A stretch of DNA of 64,000 bases from positions 1,674 to 65,673 of the forward strand of contig JAJYFU010000002.1 in assembly GCA_021790795.1 (NCBI GenBank), written 5' to 3'. A model generated the notes under the pieces. The model was not told the DNA's origin, made no database searches, and saw only the letters and a program-made list of their open reading frames with translations. The DNA comes from Pseudomonadota bacterium. GTDB taxonomy: Bacteria > Pseudomonadota > Gammaproteobacteria > Steroidobacterales > Steroidobacteraceae. Positions 23,387-32,405 of the stretch are shown one piece after another (the first letter of the stretch is position 1; every line of letters starts with the position of its first letter). Made by a program: the position numbers and the translations under genes.

Positions 23387-24375
23387 GCACGCTGCCGAGC
23401 GAGATCCTGCTCTACGACCTGAGCGCCGACACGCTCGACATGCGCTCCGATGTGCTCGCCGGACTGGCGCGCAGCCCCAAGCGGCTGCCGTCGAAATACC
23501 TGTACGATGCGCGCGGCTCCCAGCTGTTCGAGCACATTTGCGAGCTGCCGGAGTACTACCTGACGCGCGCCGAGCTGGCGCTGATGGAAACGCACGTGGC
23601 GCAGATAGCCGCGACGCTCGGACCGCAGGTGTTGCTGGTCGAGTACGGCAGCGGCAGCGGACTGAAGACCGAGCTGCTGCTCGAGCGGCTCGCCGATGCC
23701 GTCGCGTACGTGCCGGTGGAGATCTCGCGCAGCGCCCTCACGGCAAGCGTCGAGCGGCTGAACGGGCGCTTTGCGCACATCGAGATGCTGCCGGTGTGCG
23801 CCGATTTCACCCAGCCTGTCCGGTTGCCCGAGCCCGCGCGACCGCAGCGGCGCAGCGTGATCTATTTTCCCGGCTCGACGCTCGGAAACTTCGCGCCCGA
23901 CGCGGCGGTGCGGCTGCTCACGCACATGCGCCGGGAAATGGGTCCACATGGCGCGGCGCTCATCGGCGTGGATCTGGTCAAACCGCCGGCGCTCATCGAA
24001 TCGGCGTACAACGATGCGGCCGGGGTGACCGCGGAATTCACCCTCAACCTGCTGCATCGCCTCAACAGGGAGCTGCACGGAGATTTCGACCCGGAAAAAT
24101 TCGAGCATCGCGCCCGCTATGTCGGTGAGACGGAGCGGATCGAGACGCACATCGTCAGCCGTGCCGATCAACGGGTCACGGTCGCCGGACAGCGCTTCCA
24201 CTTCGCCGCGGGCGAGGCGATGCTCGTGGAGATCAGCTGCAAGTACTCTCGCACGTCGTTCGCGCGGCTGGCGGCGCGCGCCGGAATGCGGGTCTCGCAC
24301 GTGTGGACGGACGCCGACGGACTCTTCAGCGTGCAGTGCCTGCGGCCGGCGCGCCAATCGACTCAGACCCAATAA
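23383..24375 (+). CDS. egtD: L-histidine N-alpha-methyltransferase EgtD
   Basis: The ATG at 23383 overlaps the egtB stop (ATGA). Contains LPSKYLYDARGSQLFEHICELPEYY, EYGSGSG and FPGSTLGNF. Confidence 0.9.
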   Translation: MSTLPSEILLYDLSADTLDMRSDVLAGLARSPKRLPSKYLYDARGSQLFEHICELPEYYLTRAELALMETHVAQIAATLGPQVLLVEYGSGSGLKTELLLERLADAVAYVPVEISRSALTASVERLNGRFAHIEMLPVCADFTQPVRLPEPARPQRRSVIYFPGSTLGNFAPDAAVRLLTHMRREMGPHGAALIGVDLVKPPALIESAYNDAAGVTAEFTLNLLHRLNRELHGDFDPEKFEHRARYVGETERIETHIVSRADQRVTVAGQRFHFAAGEAMLVEISCKYSRTSFARLAARAGMRVSHVWTDADGLFSVQCLRPARQSTQTQ

Positions 24376-24418
24376 TTCGCCACGTGGCCCGCTGACAGGG
24401 CGCGTTGCCGGAACGGAA

Positions 24419-25345
24419 TCAGGGCGCGCCGAGGGCCTCGGTGATGGACGCGGCGAAGCGCTCGGCCGCACCGGCGGCATAGTTCAGAAACAGCGACGGC
24501 TCGGCAAGCTCGAGCTCGAGCACCCGCGGCGCGCCGGCCGGATCGCGCAGCAAATCGACGCGTGCGTAAAGCGGCGCGCGTCCCGAGTGGCGGATGGCCG
24601 TCAAAACATCCTCGGCGACCGCGAGCTCGTCAGCCGCCGCTGTTCGCACGGTGATGTGCTCGGGGGCGAACAGCGCCCGCGTGGGATCCGCGTTGGGTCG
24701 CAGCAGCGGCCCTTTGCGGATGGCATGGCTGAATCGACCGTCGAAGAACAGCAGCGCCGTCTCACCCTCGCGCTCAACGCCCGGGAAGTAAGGCTGCAGC
24801 AGCACGCTGCGACCCGCTTCGGCGAGGCTCGCCGCATGCGCCTGCGCCTCGGCGAGCTGTGCACGGCCCAGGCGTCGCGCTCCGCGTGATCCGGCGCCCA
24901 CCGCCGGTTTGATCACGAGTTCCGCACACGAGTGCTCGGCGAGGAAGCGCTCGATGGCCGGCCGCAGCGCCCCGACCGGCTCGATGAAGGCGCTCGGCAC
25001 CACGGGCAGCCCCAGGGCGGCGAGGTCGCGCAGGTAGTGCTTGTCGGTGTTCCACTCGACCAGCGGCGCGGGATTGTGCAATCGCGTCAGGCCGGCGACC
25101 CGCCGCAGCCAGCCGCGAAACTCGCCGAGCCGCTCGGTATAGTCCCAGGTCGAGCGCAGCAACGTCAGATCGAAGTCCGCCCAGCGCACGCTGGCGTCGT
25201 CCCAATCGACCACCTCACAGCGAACACCGCGCGCCTGGAGTGCGGCCACGAGCACCGCCATGTCCTCGTCGAGTCCGCGCGCCGCGCGGGCACCGACCAA
25301 GGCGACGCGGGCGGGACCGCGCCGCGGCTCCCGTGCATCGCTCAT
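24419..25345 (-). CDS. ATP-grasp family ligase, specificity unknown
   Basis: The internal ATG at 25345 overlaps the aguB stop (ATGA). RimK/glutathione-synthetase-like layout: LRSTWDY, VIKPAVGAGSRG, and the C-terminal ELELAEPSL acidic metal-binding region. Confidence 0.7.
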   Translation of the reverse strand: MSDAREPRRGPARVALVGARAARGLDEDMAVLVAALQARGVRCEVVDWDDASVRWADFDLTLLRSTWDYTERLGEFRGWLRRVAGLTRLHNPAPLVEWNTDKHYLRDLAALGLPVVPSAFIEPVGALRPAIERFLAEHSCAELVIKPAVGAGSRGARRLGRAQLAEAQAHAASLAEAGRSVLLQPYFPGVEREGETALLFFDGRFSHAIRKGPLLRPNADPTRALFAPEHITVRTAAADELAVAEDVLTAIRHSGRAPLYARVDLLRDPAGAPRVLELELAEPSLFLNYAAGAAERFAASITEALGAP

Positions 25346-26262
25346 CGGCTCCGTCCGTCGAGAGTGACGAGCGCTCCGTAAAGATCCGGGCGGCGGTCGC
25401 GAAAAACGAACCAACTGTCGCGCCGGCCGGCGTTCTGCGCCAGATCGAACTCGGCGGTGAGCACGGCATCACCCGCCTCGGGCGCTTCGGCCACCTTGTC
25501 CCCCAGCGCATCGGCGATGAACGACGAGCCGTAGAAGCGGATATGGAGCCGCTGCGGGTCCTGCAGGGAGCGCTCCAGGCCGTAGCGGTTGGCGGCGATC
25601 AGCGGCGTGAGATTGGCCGCCGCGTGTCCCTGCTGAGTACGTTGCCAGTGCCCGCGCGAGTCGAGCGGCGCCGCGGGCGGCGGCTCGGTGCCGATCGCCG
25701 TCGGATAAATCAGGAGCTCGGCGCCGGCGAGCACCATGGCGCGAGCGGCCTCGGGGAACCATTGATCCCAGCAGATCCCGACCCCGATCCGTCCGTACCG
25801 GGTGGTCCAGACTTTGAAGCCGGTGTCGCCGGGACTGAAGTAATACTTCTCTTGATAGCCCGGTCCGTCGGGGATGTGCGACTTGCGATACACCCCGAGC
25901 AGTGCGCCATCGGCATCCAGCACGGCCACCGAATTGAAATACGCGGGACCGGACCGCTCGAAGAAGCTGATCGGCAGGACCACACCGAGCTCACGCGCCA
26001 CCGGCCCGAAGTGGCGCACCGCGCGATCGTCGGAAACGGCACGGGCCAGATGCAGATGCCGCGGATCCTGCTCGATGCAGAAGTACGGCGTCTGGAACAG
26101 CTCGGGCAGCAGAATGATCTGCGCCCCCGCCGCGGCGGCCCGGCGCACCAGGCGCTCGGCCGCGGCGATGTTGCGATCCGCGTCCCAGGTACAATCCATC
26201 TGTATCGCCCCGACGACCACGCAGCGCGGCGCGGTGCTCGGCTGTCCGGGGGACTCACCCAT
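25342..26262 (-). CDS. aguB: N-carbamoylputrescine amidase (carbon-nitrogen hydrolase)
   Basis: 306-aa ORF that appears collinear (by eye, from memory) with Pseudomonas AguB. Shared blocks are LPELFQTPYFC, GVYRKSHIPDGPGYQEKYYF, GICWDQWFPE, HWQRTQQGHAAAN and FRDRRPDLYG. Confidence 0.88.
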   Translation of the reverse strand: MGESPGQPSTAPRCVVVGAIQMDCTWDADRNIAAAERLVRRAAAAGAQIILLPELFQTPYFCIEQDPRHLHLARAVSDDRAVRHFGPVARELGVVLPISFFERSGPAYFNSVAVLDADGALLGVYRKSHIPDGPGYQEKYYFSPGDTGFKVWTTRYGRIGVGICWDQWFPEAARAMVLAGAELLIYPTAIGTEPPPAAPLDSRGHWQRTQQGHAAANLTPLIAANRYGLERSLQDPQRLHIRFYGSSFIADALGDKVAEAPEAGDAVLTAEFDLAQNAGRRDSWFVFRDRRPDLYGALVTLDGRSR

Positions 26263-27232
26263 GCGCGCTACGCTCGATCAGCCCACGCGCCGCCAGCGAC
26301 TCATTGACCTGCTCGGTGATGCGCATGGCGGTATCGAGCGCCATCAGGCCGTCCTCGCCGCTGACCACCGGCGGCTTGCCGGTGCGGATGCACTCGAGGA
26401 ATGCCTCGATCTCGGCCTTCAGCGCATCGCCCTGCTCGAGACTCTGCTCCTCGATGCTCACCGGCAGCTGCGCATCCCCGGATTCGCCGTCGCGCTTGCG
26501 GATCAGTGTCATGACCTTCTGCTGCAGATCGAGCGAGAGATAGACATCGTCCTCGAACAGCCGCATCTTGCGCTCGGTCTTCAGGCTCACCCGGCTCGCG
26601 GTGGCGTTGACGACGCAGCCATTGGCGAAGCGGATGCGGGCGTTGGCGATATCGATGGCATCGGAGAACACCGGCGTGCCGATCGCATCGATGGTCAGCA
26701 CCGGGGCGCCGACGATGGTCTGCACCAGATCGATGTCGTGGATCATCAGATCGAGCACCACGTTCACGTCGGTGCCGCGCGCGCGATAGGGCGCGAGCCG
26801 ATGACACTCGACGAAACGCGGTGCGCGTAAATACGGCTCGGCGGCGAGAATCGCCGAATTGAACCGCTCCAGGTGGCCAACCTGCAGGACACGGTCGTCG
26901 CGCGCGGCAAGATCGATCAGCGCGCGCGCCTCGCGGAGCGTCTCGGTGATCGGTTTCTCCACGAGCACGTGGGCGCCGGCCCGCAGGAAATCACGGGCGA
27001 TCGCGAAATGCAGCGGGGTCGGCGTCACGATGCTGACGGCATCCACTTTGCCGAGCAGCGCGCGATAGTCGGCAAACGCCTGGACCCCGAGCTCGGCGGC
27101 GACCCGCTCGCGGGGCTCCTGCCCGGTATCGACCACCGCCTGGAGCCGGCAGTGCGGGGACTCGGCGTATTTTTGGGCATGGAAGCGCCCGAGATAGCCG
27201 ACGCCGATGACGGCTGCCTTGATGGGTTCCAT
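26255..27232 (-). CDS. Gfo/Idh/MocA-family NAD(P)-dependent oxidoreductase
   Basis: 325-aa ORF. N-terminal Rossmann motif AAVIGVGYLGRFHAQ, plus EKP and GHLERFN motifs. Its 3' end overlaps the aguB start by 8 nt. Confidence 0.8.
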   Translation of the reverse strand: MEPIKAAVIGVGYLGRFHAQKYAESPHCRLQAVVDTGQEPRERVAAELGVQAFADYRALLGKVDAVSIVTPTPLHFAIARDFLRAGAHVLVEKPITETLREARALIDLAARDDRVLQVGHLERFNSAILAAEPYLRAPRFVECHRLAPYRARGTDVNVVLDLMIHDIDLVQTIVGAPVLTIDAIGTPVFSDAIDIANARIRFANGCVVNATASRVSLKTERKMRLFEDDVYLSLDLQQKVMTLIRKRDGESGDAQLPVSIEEQSLEQGDALKAEIEAFLECIRTGKPPVVSGEDGLMALDTAMRITEQVNESLAARGLIERSAHG

Positions 27233-27334
27233 GGACCCATTATGACCTGCCCAGGGCGGCCGCGGGCCACCGTCGACACCCCGGGAGCGGCCAGACTGGG
27301 GCCGGCGGCCTCCGGATCGGCTACACTGGCGCCC

Positions 27335-27658
27335 ATGACGGAGCTGCGCACCGAATTACCCGCGACCCGATCCGTGCCGTTCAATCTCAAGCGTGAGCTG
27401 CTGCTGCTGGGCGGGGCGATCGCCTTTGGGCTGCTGATCCTGCCGCTGCTGATCTGGCTGGCGGGGCACTTTACCCTGGGCCCGTACACGCATGGCGAGA
27501 CCGGGCCGGGCTACGGCCCCCTGTCGCTCTATGGAAACTATTTCAGGGAGCTGGGACGGGGCCAATTGGTTTATTGGGTGGCCGCGCTCGGCCCGGCGCC
27601 GCTGCTGCTCATCTTGCGGCTGTGGCTGGCGCTCCTGCGGGCCATGTCCCGAGGCTGA
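27335..27658 (+). CDS. small hypothetical membrane protein (two predicted TM helices)
   Basis: In-frame ATG at 27335 within track ORF 26873-27658. Hydrophobic stretches LLLLGGAIAFGLLILPLLIWLAG and LVYWVAALGPAPLLLILRLWLALL. No recognisable family. Confidence 0.45.
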   Translation: MTELRTELPATRSVPFNLKRELLLLGGAIAFGLLILPLLIWLAGHFTLGPYTHGETGPGYGPLSLYGNYFRELGRGQLVYWVAALGPAPLLLILRLWLALLRAMSRG

Positions 27659-27745
27659 GCCGTGCGCGGATCGCGCATGCCGCCGCTCGCCGCAGATGTG
27701 CCCGTATAACCACCATTCCTTAGGACTGTCTCGAGCTATCTCACG

Positions 27746-29866
27746 ATGACTCACCCCCTACGTCGCTTTGTTGGATGGCTGATCGCCGCTGCGACGATCG
27801 TCGCGCTCGGTGCGGCCGTGCTGATGCCCCGGACACCCGCGCATGCGGCGGTTCTGCCGCCGGGCGCATTGACCCCGAACGCCACTCAGCGCGCGGTCGC
27901 GCGCAAAGTCGGACAGATACTCACCCGGTATCAGTACAGCGACCCGAAAATCAACGCCAAATTCTCCCAGCTCGTCTTCGCGCGTTATCTGCACTTTCTC
28001 GATCCCGAGCACGTCTATTTCCTGGCCTCGGATGTGCGCGACTTCGACGCCCGGTACGGCGGCGATTTCGCCCAGCTCCTCGAGGCCGGCAAGCTCGACC
28101 CGGCGTTCCTCATCTTTCAGCGCTTCAGGCAATTGAGCAGCGCGCGCCTGCGGTATGCGATCCGCGTGCTCGCCAAGGAGCCGGACTTCACCACGGACGC
28201 GACCTATCGCTACGACCGCAAAGATACCCCGTGGCCGGCGACCGAGGCGCAGATGGACGCGCTGTGGCGCGAGCGGGTGATGAACGATGCGATCTCGCTG
28301 ATGCTCTCCGGCAAGAGCTGGCCGCAGGCGGCCGCCACGTTGCGCAAGCGCTTCGATGCCGAGTTGCGCAGCATCGACCGCTTCAGCTCCGAGGACGTGT
28401 TTCAAGAATTGATGAACGCGTACGCGCGCACCTTCGATCCGCATACGACGTACTTCTCGCCGCTGAACTCCGAGGAGTACAACATCGACATGAGCCTGAA
28501 CTACCAGGGCATCGGCGCCTCGCTGGAGATGGACGGCAACTACATCAAAGTGGTCAACGTCATCCCCGGCGGACCGGCGGCGATCAGCGGCAAATTGAAG
28601 CCCAACGATCGCATTACCGGAGTCGGCCAGGGCGCACGCGGCCGCATCACCGACGTGGTTGGCTGGCGCCTGGGCAAGGTGGTGCAGCTGATCCGCGGCA
28701 AGGCGGGCACCACGGTGCGATTGCAGATCCTCCCGGCCGGGACGCACCCGGGCGGCAAGGAGGCGGTGGTGAGCCTCGTGCGCAACCGGGTGACGCTCAA
28801 GGCGCAGGAAGCGCAGGGCAAGCTCGAGACCGTCATGCGGGGCGGCCAGACCTACAAGATCGGCGTCATCACCGTGCCGAGCTTCTACGAGGACGTCAGA
28901 GCCGAGGACGACGGGAACAGCAACTATCCGTCCACCACCCGCGACGTGCGCCGGCTGATCCTGAAATTCGAGAAAGAGCACATGCAGGGACTGTTGCTCG
29001 ACCTGCGCAATGACGGCGGCGGCTACCTGCCACAGGCGACGGCGCTGACCGGGCTGTTCATCCATGGGCCGGTGGTGCAGCTGCGCGGCCGCTCCGGGCA
29101 CATCGAGGTGCTGGACGACCCGGAAAAAGCGCCGATCTACACCGGGCCTCTGGCGGTATTGGTCAACCGCTACAGCGCCTCGGCATCGGAGATCTTCGCC
29201 GGCGCCATCCAGGACTACCACCGGGGCGTGATCATCGGGCAGAACACCTTCGGCAAAGGCACGGTGCAGAATCTGATCCCCCTCGACCGCTGGAGCAGCC
29301 GGCCGATCGAGGGCCAGATCGCCGTGACCATCGGCAAGTTCTACCGCATCACCGGTCAGAGCACGCAGCTGCGCGGAGTCATTCCCAACATCAAGCTGCC
29401 CTCGGCGATCAACCCGAAGACGGTCGGCGAGAGCAGCATGCCGCGCGCACTGCCGTATAACACCATCGGTCCCGTGCCGTTCCAGGTCTGCACCGGAACG
29501 GCGGCGATCCCGCCGATCGCCAAGCTCGAAGCCGAAGAGCGGGCGCGCGAACAGCGCGATCCGAACTTCCGCTGGCTGGTCGGGGACATCCACGACCTCG
29601 AGGCGATTCGGGCACAGAAGGTGCTCTCGCTCAACCTCGCCACACGCCGCCGGGAGCGGCACGAACAGGACGCGAAGCTGCTCGCGCTCGACAATCAGCG
29701 CCGCGCCGCATTCGGCCTGCCGCCGCTGAAGAAGGTCGATCAGATCGGCGGCAAGAACGACAAGATCCCCGATGTGGTCCTCGATCAGGCCAAGGACATC
29801 GTGGCCGACATGGTCCGCCTGGACCGCGCCGGCCAGACGAAACAGCAACTCGTCAGAGGCGACTAG
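27746..29866 (+). CDS. prc: carboxy-terminal processing (tail-specific) protease, S41 family
   Basis: 706-aa ORF with a signal anchor, a PDZ region (GIGASLEMDG..VVNVIPGGPAAISGKLKPNDRI) and the S41 core (VNRYSASASEIFAGAIQDY...GTVQ). Confidence 0.9.
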   Translation: MTHPLRRFVGWLIAAATIVALGAAVLMPRTPAHAAVLPPGALTPNATQRAVARKVGQILTRYQYSDPKINAKFSQLVFARYLHFLDPEHVYFLASDVRDFDARYGGDFAQLLEAGKLDPAFLIFQRFRQLSSARLRYAIRVLAKEPDFTTDATYRYDRKDTPWPATEAQMDALWRERVMNDAISLMLSGKSWPQAAATLRKRFDAELRSIDRFSSEDVFQELMNAYARTFDPHTTYFSPLNSEEYNIDMSLNYQGIGASLEMDGNYIKVVNVIPGGPAAISGKLKPNDRITGVGQGARGRITDVVGWRLGKVVQLIRGKAGTTVRLQILPAGTHPGGKEAVVSLVRNRVTLKAQEAQGKLETVMRGGQTYKIGVITVPSFYEDVRAEDDGNSNYPSTTRDVRRLILKFEKEHMQGLLLDLRNDGGGYLPQATALTGLFIHGPVVQLRGRSGHIEVLDDPEKAPIYTGPLAVLVNRYSASASEIFAGAIQDYHRGVIIGQNTFGKGTVQNLIPLDRWSSRPIEGQIAVTIGKFYRITGQSTQLRGVIPNIKLPSAINPKTVGESSMPRALPYNTIGPVPFQVCTGTAAIPPIAKLEAEERAREQRDPNFRWLVGDIHDLEAIRAQKVLSLNLATRRRERHEQDAKLLALDNQRRAAFGLPPLKKVDQIGGKNDKIPDVVLDQAKDIVADMVRLDRAGQTKQQLVRGD

Positions 29867-29879
29867 CGCCGCGGCGCGC

Positions 29880-30926
29880 TCAGCGCAGCAGGACGCCGTG
29901 AATGTGCCAGGTATCCTCGGCCAGCACATCCGGAATGCCGGCCGGCGAGCCAACGGCCTGCGCCGAGCCACCGCCGAGGGAATCGGCCGTCGGAATGGCG
30001 TCCTCGGGATCGCGGTACTGCGCTAGCAGGCGCAGCGCCTTGAGGCGCTCGCGGATGTCGCGGCTGACGTTGGCATTGGAGCCGAGCAACGCTTCGGCAC
30101 GCTCGATCTGACCCATCAGCGCAAGGCACTCCGTGCGGGTCCCGTACTCGTCGATCACATCCCGGCTCTGAACGGCATCGCGCACGCGCATCAGCAGCAA
30201 CGGCATGACCGTCAGGCGCTGACACATGACCTGCGCGTAGGCGAGGACGGTGAGATTGATCATGCGCCGGGCCTGCAGCGAGAGCCCCGGAAACTGCGGG
30301 ACCGGCGTCGCGGCGATCTCGGCCGCGGCTTGCTGCGCCGACTCGAGCGACACGTTGGCCTCGGCCGACTCGGCCCGCGCGCGCGTAATCGTGTGCTCGA
30401 GCGTGCGCCGCTTGAAGAAGTGCCACAGACGGCGCAGTCGGGCGCGCTCGTGCTCGAGATTCTCGAGCCGCTCGGCCGCCTGTGCGGCAATCTGACGCAT
30501 GACCTGCAGGTGCTGCTCCGCGGTCTGGCGCTTGGCGAACTGCTGCCGGTTGTGCTCGGCAAGATGCGCGCGGCGCTCGTGCGCGTCCTGCTGGGTCACC
30601 AGTTCGCCGCCGAAACGCTCGAGCTGCTCGTGGCCACGCTGCCACATGTGACGCAGCTGATAGAACACCAGCGCCGGATAAGCGGTCTCGTTCACGCCGA
30701 GGCGCGCCTCCAGCGCCGCCAAGGTCTCTCTCACCCGCCGCGTGACGCCTTCCTGCTGCTTGATCCGATCCTTCAGCCGCTCCAGATCGTCCTTGAGGTC
30801 ACCAAAGGCCTTTTTCAGCTCGGCGCGATTGCGAAACAAAGTGAGCACGCGATGGTCGTCGGGCGACGCCTGCGCGCGCTGAAATGGCAGCTTGAGAAAG
30901 CCCAGTTGTCGAAATGCTTTCATCAC
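29880..30926 (-). CDS. hypothetical protein, predominantly coiled-coil
   Basis: 348-aa ORF, E/R/Q/A/L-rich heptad-like sequence with no recognisable catalytic motif. Lies 24 nt downstream of the DUF1249 gene on the same strand. Confidence 0.55.
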   Translation of the reverse strand: MMKAFRQLGFLKLPFQRAQASPDDHRVLTLFRNRAELKKAFGDLKDDLERLKDRIKQQEGVTRRVRETLAALEARLGVNETAYPALVFYQLRHMWQRGHEQLERFGGELVTQQDAHERRAHLAEHNRQQFAKRQTAEQHLQVMRQIAAQAAERLENLEHERARLRRLWHFFKRRTLEHTITRARAESAEANVSLESAQQAAAEIAATPVPQFPGLSLQARRMINLTVLAYAQVMCQRLTVMPLLLMRVRDAVQSRDVIDEYGTRTECLALMGQIERAEALLGSNANVSRDIRERLKALRLLAQYRDPEDAIPTADSLGGGSAQAVGSPAGIPDVLAEDTWHIHGVLLR

Positions 30927-30950
30927 CGGTGCGGCACGCGCCGCCGGGAA

Positions 30951-31409
30951 TCACATGACGGGGGCGGCGAAGCGATGGCCACGCTCCGCACAATACTCCA
31001 ACCACTTGTTTAACATCATATTCCGCACCCAGCGCTGATGCAGTTCACGCTCTGGGCATCGCCCTTCCTGTAGCGTGACCTCGGCTGTCGAACCCGGACA
31101 ACGCTCGGCCTCGACCAGCCGCGCATCGTGGTACGCGCGCAAGCGCATCTGCGGAAAGCGCTCCGGCTCGTTCCCGTCCCGCAGCTCGTACGTGAGATCC
31201 AGGATGCTCGTGTACGCGCAGCGCTCAACCACGATGAGCAGCAGATCGCAGTCACCTTCCACCCGCGAGCGATACGTGCCGGCGAGCAGGCCCAGCGTCC
31301 CGGCGAGCCAGCCGAGCCGAATGTAATTGCTCTCGTACAGGCTCATGAGCGCCACGAAGCTGCGGGGTCGGGCCCGCCAGGAAACCGGGGTCAATGTCTC
31401 ATTGCGCAT
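30951..31409 (-). CDS. DUF1249 (YqiB-like) protein
   Basis: I use the internal ATG at 31409. It resembles E. coli YqiB as I recall it: LMSLYESNYIRL, MRLRAYHDARLVEAE, and LHQRWVRNMMLNKWLEYC against YqiB [21 protein letters not shown]. Confidence 0.65.
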   Translation of the reverse strand: MRNETLTPVSWRARPRSFVALMSLYESNYIRLGWLAGTLGLLAGTYRSRVEGDCDLLLIVVERCAYTSILDLTYELRDGNEPERFPQMRLRAYHDARLVEAERCPGSTAEVTLQEGRCPERELHQRWVRNMMLNKWLEYCAERGHRFAAPVM

Positions 31410-31502
31410 CGTTCGACTATAGCGGAGGGGCAGGACAGCGCAAGCGCCGCGCCCGAGGGCGCCTGGTCGATGAGCGTGCAATTTTCATGCTAGCAATCGA
31501 CC

Positions 31503-32324
31503 TCAGGCGCGCAACCGCCGCTCGATGCCGGTGGTATTGAGGATCCGGCTGGCGATCTCCTCGATCGAGCACTCGGTGGTATCCAACCCGGGGATGCCAC
31601 ACTGCGCGATCAGCGCCTCGGCCGAGCGCAGCTCGTAGCGAACCTGCGGCGCGGAGGCGTAGCGGCTGTTCGGGCGACGCTCGTTGCGGATTTGCTGCAG
31701 CCGCTCGGGCTTGATGGTGAGCGCAAACAACTTGTTCCGAAACGGCTCGATTCGGTCCGGCAGCCGCCCGGAATCCAGATCTTCCTCCGTCAGCGGATAG
31801 TTGGCGGCGAAGATCCCGTACTGCAGCGCGAGGTACAGGCACGTGGGCGTCTTGCCGCAGCGTGACACGCCGATCAGCACGATATCGGCATGTGCATAGT
31901 CACCACCCGCGCCATCGTCGTTGGCCAACGCGAAGTTCGTGGCATTGATGCGCGTGGAGTAAACCACCGGATCCGCGATGCCATGGGCGCGTCCGGCCCG
32001 ATGCGTCGAGCGGGTATCGAGCTCCTGCTCCAGCGGACCGACGAATGCGGCAAAGAAATCCAGGCATAGACCGTTCGAGCGCCGCACCACATCGCGCAAC
32101 TCGTCATGCACGAGCGTGCTGAATACGATCGGCCGCAGACCGTCCTCGAGCGCCGTACGATCGATTCGGCGCACCGCCTCCTCGGCCTTGTCAATGGTTG
32201 AGACAAATGGCAAAGTCACCGCGCGAAATTCCAGACCCTCGAACTGGGTCATCAGACTGTGACCCAGCGTTTCGGCGGTCACTCCCGTCTGGTCAGAGAC
32301 GAAGAAAACGGTTCGTCGGCCCAC
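31503..32324 (-). CDS. ppsR: PEP synthase regulatory protein (bifunctional kinase/pyrophosphorylase, DUF299)
   Basis: This is the C-terminal third of the 1053-aa track ORF. I place the start at the GTG at 32324 ([22 protein letters not shown]). [10 protein letters not shown] and RRPNSRYAS match E. coli PpsR. Divergent from ppsA. Confidence 0.88.
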   Translation of the reverse strand: MGRRTVFFVSDQTGVTAETLGHSLMTQFEGLEFRAVTLPFVSTIDKAEEAVRRIDRTALEDGLRPIVFSTLVHDELRDVVRRSNGLCLDFFAAFVGPLEQELDTRSTHRAGRAHGIADPVVYSTRINATNFALANDDGAGGDYAHADIVLIGVSRCGKTPTCLYLALQYGIFAANYPLTEEDLDSGRLPDRIEPFRNKLFALTIKPERLQQIRNERRPNSRYASAPQVRYELRSAEALIAQCGIPGLDTTECSIEEIASRILNTTGIERRLRA

Positions 32325-32405
32325 GGCGCGAGGCTCGGCAGCGATTCCCGGGTACACAGTGTTCCACCGCGCGCGGCGCGGAGCAAGCAGCAGGCAGGAT
32401 TCCTC

